Shown here: in pieces, positions 57,692 through 64,000 of the stretch | How the letters are laid out: each line of letters begins with the position of its first letter | How positions within the stretch are numbered: position 1 is the stretch's first letter | Origin: a virus | Taxonomy: Duplodnaviria; Caudoviricetes | Strand: one strand, 5' to 3' | IMG/VR virus record: IMGVR_UViG_3300029288_000002 | Location: 1-64,000 of that record | DNA: 64,000 nt | Made by a program: the position numbers and the translations under genes | The notes under the pieces: generated by a model | Databases searched by the model: none | What the model was told of the DNA's origin: nothing | What the model saw: the letters and a program-made list of their open reading frames with translations, nothing else

Positions 57692-59185
57692 TTATGACTC
57701 TAACTGCTTCTTTGTATAGTTGAATTTTTCTATAATTACAAAAGTTGTTTCACCAGCAGTCACCTGCCAACCTTCAAAGTATATTTCCCAATAAACATAC
57801 TGTGAATTTGGTACATATTCGCTTGTATGAATTATCTTTTGGATAATTTCTTGCTCGACTAACTTCTCTGATAATTCTATGTCTGTATGGTTTCGTACAA
57901 TGTTGCTCTCGCTAACATATAACTGCCCCTCATCGTTTACGTCTACACTGCAATTACCAGCAAAATTTATAATATTCATGCAATCTCCTTTTATTCTTCT
58001 GCATATTCATACGGATCAACTTTAATATACTCTAACCACACGTATCGAGTACCATTTTTGATTGTCAAACAACCTTGAAAATAGATTTCCCAAATCTTTA
58101 ATCCTGGAAATTCTTTTTGCATTTGAATTTTATTGACTATTTCTGATTTGAGTTCACTCCATAACGGAGGTATACTATAATCTTCGCAAACTAAATCTAA
58201 ATAGCCATCACATAACCAGAAGTCGGAGTTTGCATATTTGACTACGGTATTACCAGCAAAATGTAGAACCTGTGGCACAATGTTCATTCCATCTCCTGAA
58301 TATTCAAATATTGAAATGTTACCTTATATTTTTCATCTATTAGCGAAGGTTCAACCACATTTCCAAAAGCGTACACTAACCAAGAATGCCCTTCTTCATG
58401 ATTATTCCACAATGGATAATTCCTTTTAATTCTTTCACTTACAGCTTCTTCAATAATATTAACATCTGTAGAGGAGTCTTCCAGTAATTCACCAAAATTT
58501 TCCTCCCAATCATCTATTAGCAATTCTCCCCCTTCTAATGCCACACAACAACTAATTGCAAAATGAGCAGTCATATTATAACCTCTTTATTCCATCTACA
58601 TAAAAGTCTTGTAGCAATATCCCCGCAGTTTCATCATATCTTACCACACCATCTTCTATTGTTTGGCTAATATCGTATATAATGCTTCCTGTAAAATAAA
58701 CATAGTATATCGCGTTGCTTTCTGGACTTTCTTTTGTATTGTACGCTCGCCAGATTTCCTCTTTTAGTTTACTATTATCTAATAATGCTAATGGAGTTTG
58801 TATTACTCTGGTCAATCCATAGATTACATCGCCAATTATATAGCATTGCCCTGAAAACTTTACTTCCTGCATATTATTCTTCCTCTGCATCAGTGTACGG
58901 ATCAGAACTAAGATAGTTTATATAAAACGAGTTTTTGTTTTTATTATGCACTCCCTCAAAAAATATACGCGACTCTTTATATCTCTTGTAATTACTTGCC
59001 CCTTTAATTTTTTCTATTAGTTCTTTTTCAACATCTAAAATAGTAAAACTGAGCAAGTCCCCGTCTTCTTGTATAATGTTATATATACCCAATATAAGAT
59101 TATCATTTTCTACTTCAACTGAGCAAACCCCCGCAAACTTTGTAATATTTCGTTCCATTCTACCTCCTTTTCGACTTTGATACAT
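57692..59185 (-). repeat. tandem array of five paralogous ~95-105-aa genes (57692-57979, 57991-58287, 58284-58574, 58576-58890, 58874-59185)
   Basis: Shared N-terminal F-A/S-G-x-C motif and C-terminal (W/Y)x(I/V)YFxG motif. Confidence 0.75.
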
Positions 59186-59187
59186 TG

Positions 59188-59216
59188 ATTATAGCATAGT
59201 ATATTAATCTTGTCAA
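59188..59216 (-). promoter_or_regulatory. leftward sigma70/sigA promoter
   Basis: TTGACA-17 nt-TATAAT with TG extension; AAGGAGG RBS downstream. Confidence 0.9.
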
Positions 59217-59232
59217 GTACCAATATTCCTAC

Positions 59233-59261
59233 TTGACAAGGCAATAACATCGTGCTATACT
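59233..59261 (+). promoter_or_regulatory. rightward sigma70/sigA promoter
   Basis: TTGACA-17 nt-TATACT with TG extension; AAAGGAG RBS before ATG 59281. Confidence 0.88.
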
Positions 59262-59280
59262 ATAACAGAAAGGAGAGCAT

Positions 59281-59533
59281 ATGACAACAATACTACAAAA
59301 GCGTACAGAAGGCGGCTTCATAACTGTAAAACCAGAAAACGAAGTTTGGTTTTTAAAACTATTTGACATGGACTTCGGTTATCTTGTAACTCTACCAGTT
59401 ACCAGTATCAGATAAGATTATCAAACGATATTATGAGTTGGTGGAAATAGGCAGACTCGATCCTGTTAATTTTCAAGTTGTTGATGTAAACTGGTCGAAT
59501 TCGACCAGTTTAGAAAAAGGAGACTCCTTGTGA
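59281..59533 (+). pseudogene. 81-aa gene frameshifted by a 7-bp tandem duplication
   Basis: TACCAGT-TACCAGT at 59393-59406 causes a stop at 59413-59415; removing one copy opens the frame to TGA 59533, overlapping the next GTG start. Confidence 0.7.
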
Positions 59534-59862
59534 AGTATTATAGACTAATCAAATATGGTAATATTCGTTCTGCTGTATTCTTTGGTGAATACGGTAATTA
59601 TCTTTTTATTCCAGAGCCTGTTGCTCGGAATAGCAATTACGAAGGCTGTAATTGGGAATCTATTGAGGACTTGATGATTCACAGTGAGAATTTTATGCCC
59701 GATTCCCATAACTACTTTGGACTGTTGCATTTGTATTATGAATTGCAGACTTACGAAGATGACCAGCTTGTAGAAACTGCTTCTTTTTCTACTCGAAATG
59801 AGTTTCTAAAGATTATCTTTCCACTGTTACCTGCTATTGGTGAATATTTCAGAGAGGTGTAG
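59530..59862 (+). CDS. hypothetical protein
   Basis: 110 aa, AAAGGAG RBS. Confidence 0.65.
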   Translation: MKYYRLIKYGNIRSAVFFGEYGNYLFIPEPVARNSNYEGCNWESIEDLMIHSENFMPDSHNYFGLLHLYYELQTYEDDQLVETASFSTRNEFLKIIFPLLPAIGEYFREV

Positions 59863-59865
59863 CTA

Positions 59866-60123
59866 ATGCTATATTCAACTTGTCTTATGGATGTCCCTTC
59901 AAAAAGCTATGAAACTTTTAGCATAGCTAAAGTGTGTGAGTTAACGTATAACTCGGATACTAAGTGCATTGTCGCTACATATGGAACTTGGTATTTTGAT
60001 ACTATCCCACAATCTGGTAGTTGGATTGGCACTCAGCATTTAGAAACTTATCTAAATGCTACTATGGAAAACTATAACCTGGCTATTGAAAACTTATTGA
60101 ATAAAGGATATACTAAACTATGA
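59866..60123 (+). CDS. hypothetical protein
   Basis: 85 aa, GAGGTG RBS; ends 'LLNKGY'. Confidence 0.65.
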   Translation: MLYSTCLMDVPSKSYETFSIAKVCELTYNSDTKCIVATYGTWYFDTIPQSGSWIGTQHLETYLNATMENYNLAIENLLNKGYTKL

Positions 60124-60344
60124 ATACGCAAGAGTTCACTTATTTAAAAACATCTCTAAATAAAGTCTACAGAATCTCATGGACTTATGATGTTGAAGCC
60201 GAAACAATTATCGCAACGTCTCAAACTGAAACAACTAATGGTAAAATTTCAGATTATACCTGGAATATTTATCCAAATATAACAGAAAAGGAAATGATTG
60301 CTATGCAAAAAGATTTGTATAGAAAAGGATTCAGTCTTCAATGA
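60120..60344 (+). CDS. hypothetical protein
   Basis: 74 aa, ATGA overlap; ends 'LYRKGF'. Confidence 0.65.
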   Translation: MNTQEFTYLKTSLNKVYRISWTYDVEAETIIATSQTETTNGKISDYTWNIYPNITEKEMIAMQKDLYRKGFSLQ

Positions 60345-60685
60345 TTAAAAATTTTGTATTGCTAAAACAAAAGCATTTTGTTTCTACTGACTTGAGCATT
60401 GATTATCATTTGTACTTTTTAGTTTATTGTAATTATGACTGCCAAAAGTGGGTAGATTACCGCATTAAGGATAATGAGTGCCGCAAGGTTATCGGAGTCT
60501 ATTCGCAAGATGTTATTGATGATCTAAACTCTAAAGAAGATATTACATTAGAAGAAATTGAAAACCTCGCTTATGTAGATACTGTCTTTTGGGAGTGGTC
60601 TATGGAAGTTGTAGAGCCGGGTCGCTTTATGCGTAATCTAATTGCAGATGGTTATAGCCTAATTTATAAAGAAGAAGTAGACTAA
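60341..60685 (+). CDS. hypothetical protein
   Basis: 114 aa, ATGA overlap; ends 'LIADGY'. Confidence 0.65.
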   Translation: MIKNFVLLKQKHFVSTDLSIDYHLYFLVYCNYDCQKWVDYRIKDNECRKVIGVYSQDVIDDLNSKEDITLEEIENLAYVDTVFWEWSMEVVEPGRFMRNLIADGYSLIYKEEVD

Positions 60686-60689
60686 ATAT

Positions 60690-60722
60690 AAAACACCCAA
60701 AGAAGAAATTCTGAGGGTGTTT
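60690..60722 (+). terminator. probable terminator of the plus-strand operon
   Basis: AAAACACCC...GGGTGTTTT stem just after the last stop codon. Confidence 0.55.
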
Positions 60723-61544
60723 AACTTTTTATCACTAACCAGTACAACCGTCTATGTGAAAGTTGAATTATTTATACTTTTTAACAAAGCCCTTATGCCA
60801 AATTCAACAATTATTTTACTGTTAATTTGTGCCTTTTATAACATTGCTATACGAACCTCGTTAGTTTTTTATTATGCAAAGTCTTGTGAATTTATTTAAT
60901 TTTGTGGTGCTAATATGGTGTCACTTTATCCCGTTTATTATCTCTTTTTTGCAGGATTCTTCAATCTCAATTATGATTACATTGCTTCTATGTTTATGGA
61001 TGTATCACTATATAGTTTACTGTAGTCACTATATGCCTTGTAATTATTTTAAATACCATATAGCTAAAAAAAGACATTGTAATAAAATTGATAAACTTCA
61101 CAGGAAGCCCCACAATCAACGAAAATCTCTTCAAGGTCAAATACTACCTGTTTGAATTTTTCTTTCGTCTCAAGCCTTCCTGTGAGCCTACAAAGGCAAT
61201 CTCGCGTTATATTCTAACTCAATTTTATAGTTGTAATTTCATATCAAGTTTCAACTGCTTTGTAATGCTTTTGTAACTAAAAAAAGTTAGTGCAGCGTTA
61301 CCTGAAATTAAGGGCGAAAAAGTTGAACAAAATTCGCAAAAATAATGCTCCGCTATATCGTAAAAATACGATTTTACTCAGTGAAACTTTTTCGCCTATT
61401 TAATATAATATATAGTTTATTGTGATTAATTAAATATATTCTAAAATATAGTATTATTTCTTTATTATAGAATCTATAGTATATTTTAGATTGATCTTAA
61501 TTAATCAGATTGATCTCTTTATAATATGATCTTAAATACTCTTT

Positions 61545-61670
61545 AAGTATAAAAAATGGATATTATGAAATAATATCCATTTTTTTATACTTTAAAGACT
61601 CTTTTAATAGACTCTTATAGACTCTTTTATACTTTAAAGACTCTTTTAGAATAGACTATGAGAGTCTATA
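61545..61670. repeat. AT-rich inverted repeat plus AGACTCTT direct repeats in non-coding DNA
   Basis: ~22-bp stem AAGTATAAAAAATGGATATTAT-GAA-ATAATATCCATTTTTTTATACTT; four AGACTCTT copies; TATACTTTAAAGACTCTTTTA twice. Confidence 0.75.
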
Positions 61671-62413
61671 ATTAAATTATGTGTGCTTACCTAAACCACC
61701 ACCCATACTAACCCTAACCAAGTATTATCACACTCAATGCTGTTATCCTATTTGGCTATACCGCCTTTTATATTGTAAATAATTTGATGCTTTTCTCGTT
61801 GTATTTTTTGACTAATTTGCAGGATTGTTATATCTTTTCTATAAATTTAAGGTGCTAATACGACACCACCAGTAGTGTCACTTTAGCTATTTTTTACGTC
61901 TTTTGCTGGTTATCATTTTAGAAAACTAAGCCTTATTTCGTATATCAAAATAATAAAAATTCAACAATTTGCTTGACGACTTTTGTTGAATCTAATCCTA
62001 TTATTTATATAATTTTTATGCCTTCTTTAGTACATTTGTCTATATGCTGTTTTCTTCAATTATATAGATTCTTATACGATTCTTATAAAAGCGACTTGTT
62101 CTTTTGGCGATTGTTTGTTACATTTGTATATTCTTTGTCACTCAACTATCATATTTAGCTATTTTAGTAACATAATATATAACAACTGCCCATATCCAAT
62201 AATATACATTCTTTGTATACTATCCAATATGGGCTGTTCCTTTTTAGCTATTTTTCTGAAAATAAAGGTGAGAGTAAGACGCTTGCTAAAGACTACGCCA
62301 ACTTCGTTCCTGCGCGTCTTACGCTACGCGGTAAATGCTATACAGTGGATACACACAAATCAACTTCACCCGTCACTAAAAAATTATACCACACATTGCC
62401 ATTTTCCTTTAGT

Positions 62414-62725
62414 CTATTTCTCTGTACTCGGTGTGAGGGCAGCCATAATTATATTTTCGCTAATCCCTAATTCTATACACTTATCTATCAATTCTATAAT
62501 CTTGTTGTGACTTGTGTTATACCCTATCAGAAAATAATATAGATTCATATACCCTCTCGGTACTGCATTGTCTACAACTTTACCAATATTATATTCTAAA
62601 TTATCACTAACATTATACCCTAATGCCGATGCTATACCTTTTAGTGTATCCCTCAACTTTTTCTGATATTCTGCTTCCGGTAAATCTTCTCGCTCTCTAT
62701 GTAATTCGCTCAATGTGTATGACAT
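62414..62725 (-). CDS. hypothetical protein
   Basis: 103 aa, AAAGGA RBS. Confidence 0.6.
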   Translation of the reverse strand: MSYTLSELHREREDLPEAEYQKKLRDTLKGIASALGYNVSDNLEYNIGKVVDNAVPRGYMNLYYFLIGYNTSHNKIIELIDKCIELGISENIIMAALTPSTEK

Positions 62726-62800
62726 TATATTCCTTTTACTTAACTTATATCCAGATAAAGACGCTGCGTAAACTTGCGTCTTTCCCGCTATCGCGGGATT

Positions 62801-63211
62801 CTACCCCTCTGTTTCTCCTTTTAACTTGTTGTGCGGGCAATATCCATAGAACCCCTTTGCACAGTTACAGTTGTGACATAATATTTGATATTCAGGAGGA
62901 TAGTCATGATCTACTATATGTTTGTATATTTTTATGCTACCTCCTAATCTCTTCCTGTCTTCTGCTCCATCATTGTTTACATGATCTATCGCTAAAAACT
63001 CATATGTGCTTTCACCACAGCACGCACATTTACCACCGTAATGCTCTATACATAAGTCTCTGTATCTTTTGTTGTTTCTTCTCGCCCTCGCATTATCTTT
63101 CTCTTTGTATTTCTCATGATAATTTTTGTTTTGTTCACTCCTCGCTATCTTTTGCCTTTCTTCTTCTGGCATAGCTTTCCATTCCTTAGTGTTATGTCTC
63201 CAACGTGCCAT
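62801..63211 (-). CDS. HNH endonuclease
   Basis: CACCG...LAIDHVNNDG...QILCHNCNCAKG; start MARWRH with GAGGG RBS. Confidence 0.85.
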   Translation of the reverse strand: MARWRHNTKEWKAMPEEERQKIARSEQNKNYHEKYKEKDNARARRNNKRYRDLCIEHYGGKCACCGESTYEFLAIDHVNNDGAEDRKRLGGSIKIYKHIVDHDYPPEYQILCHNCNCAKGFYGYCPHNKLKGETEG

Positions 63212-63248
63212 ATCCCTCTCCTTTGTTTTGGTTATTCCCCTCGCTATT

Positions 63249-63276
63249 ATTGTACCATATATGCACAGTTTGTCAA
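63249..63276 (-). promoter_or_regulatory. sigma70-like promoter of the HNH gene
   Basis: TTGACA-16 nt-TACAAT with TG extension. Confidence 0.6.
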
Positions 63277-64000
63277 GTACCACTATCTGTTACTGTATCA
63301 GTGATCCCGTTTCGTGTCTAATTCTATATCAGTGTCTATACATCTGAGTCTGTGTGCGCGTGTTATAGTTCCTATCTATTTCGTCTAATAGTGTATAGTG
63401 TTTTGTGTAATCATCTATACCTATTTTTTGTGTAAATGCGCGAGAGTTATTACTTTCTGTACACTTTATTATATTATACTGTTAATTCTAACTTATGATG
63501 CGTGAGTTTTATGTAAAATTGTTTATACGTCGTTTTATCTAATAGTGCGTGAGAGAATGTGCTATATGCCATGATACGCCTGCTACCAGACCTGACACGT
63601 ATACCTACCCCTACTCATCATATCCAACTATAATGATACTAACATCCTATACTCTTGTACATGCTACTATCTATCTAACACTAACACACAATATACTCTG
63701 ATTCCGATCCTGCTGTCATATCAGTAGCAATGTTACACGCATAGAACATATGTACTACAATGTGATACTGCGACATTGCTATTATATGAAGAGAGTATCA
63801 TCTACTGGATAGCGATTGTACATAGTGATACTGTATAGTTGTTATGATACTATCTATTGTTATAGTTGTATAGGTGTATGTGTATGTGATGATACTGGTA
63901 GGTTGGAGGCGTGTATAATATGTGATTATCATTAAATAGGACTATAATAAGAGATTAATTGTAATAGTACTACAATATACTACTATCATATGTAGCATTA

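Noticed and set aside
1833-58916. Short plus-strand ORFs in the ORF track
   Set aside because: They are antisense shadows of well-supported minus-strand genes, with no recognisable motifs.
61545-61670. CRISPR array
   Set aside because: Repeats are short, overlapping and irregular, with no unique spacers; no cas genes in the window.
60717-63347. Plus-strand ORFs 60717-63347 (e.g. 62623..63174, 62115..62510)
   Set aside because: Low-complexity F/L/I/Y/C-rich translations without an evident RBS; several overlap better-supported minus-strand genes.
1-64000. tRNA or rRNA genes
   Set aside because: No cloverleaf or rRNA-like segment was recognised by eye in the intergenic regions; a tRNAscan run would be needed to exclude them formally.

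Overview
A 64 kb, AT-rich segment of a large tailed bacteriophage. It has a long tape measure gene and no recognisable sheath gene, so it looks siphovirus-like, with an SPbeta-like layout and a YonO-type RNA polymerase. Nearly all genes from 1 to 59.2 kb are on the minus strand. In transcription order these are: small hypothetical and paralogous genes, a tandem DNA methyltransferase, the RNA polymerase, a DEDD exonuclease, terminases, portal, GH25 endolysin, ferritin, prohead protease, major capsid, neck and tail tube genes, holin, two more methyltransferases, RuvC, a tyrosine recombinase, tape measure, Dit, tail tip and tail fibre genes. Two structural genes are broken. (1) The tape measure gene carries four group I introns. 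Their splice sites can be read from the sequence and rebuild a 1727-aa ORF. The fourth intron holds an endonuclease ORF and appears to end in A rather than the canonical G. (2) The tail-tip gene is split by a fully coding ~1.6 kb insert with no intron core and no intein motifs. The insert encodes an endonuclease plus a proteasome-beta/Ntn-hydrolase-like domain fused to the C-terminal half, with an I-I-x-D motif at both junctions. This is a candidate for protease-mediated protein rejoining and is the most novel item here. Beyond 59.2 kb are a divergent promoter pair, a short plus-strand operon, a repeat-rich non-coding region and an HNH gene. All product calls rest on motifs and gene order read by eye; no database search was run.
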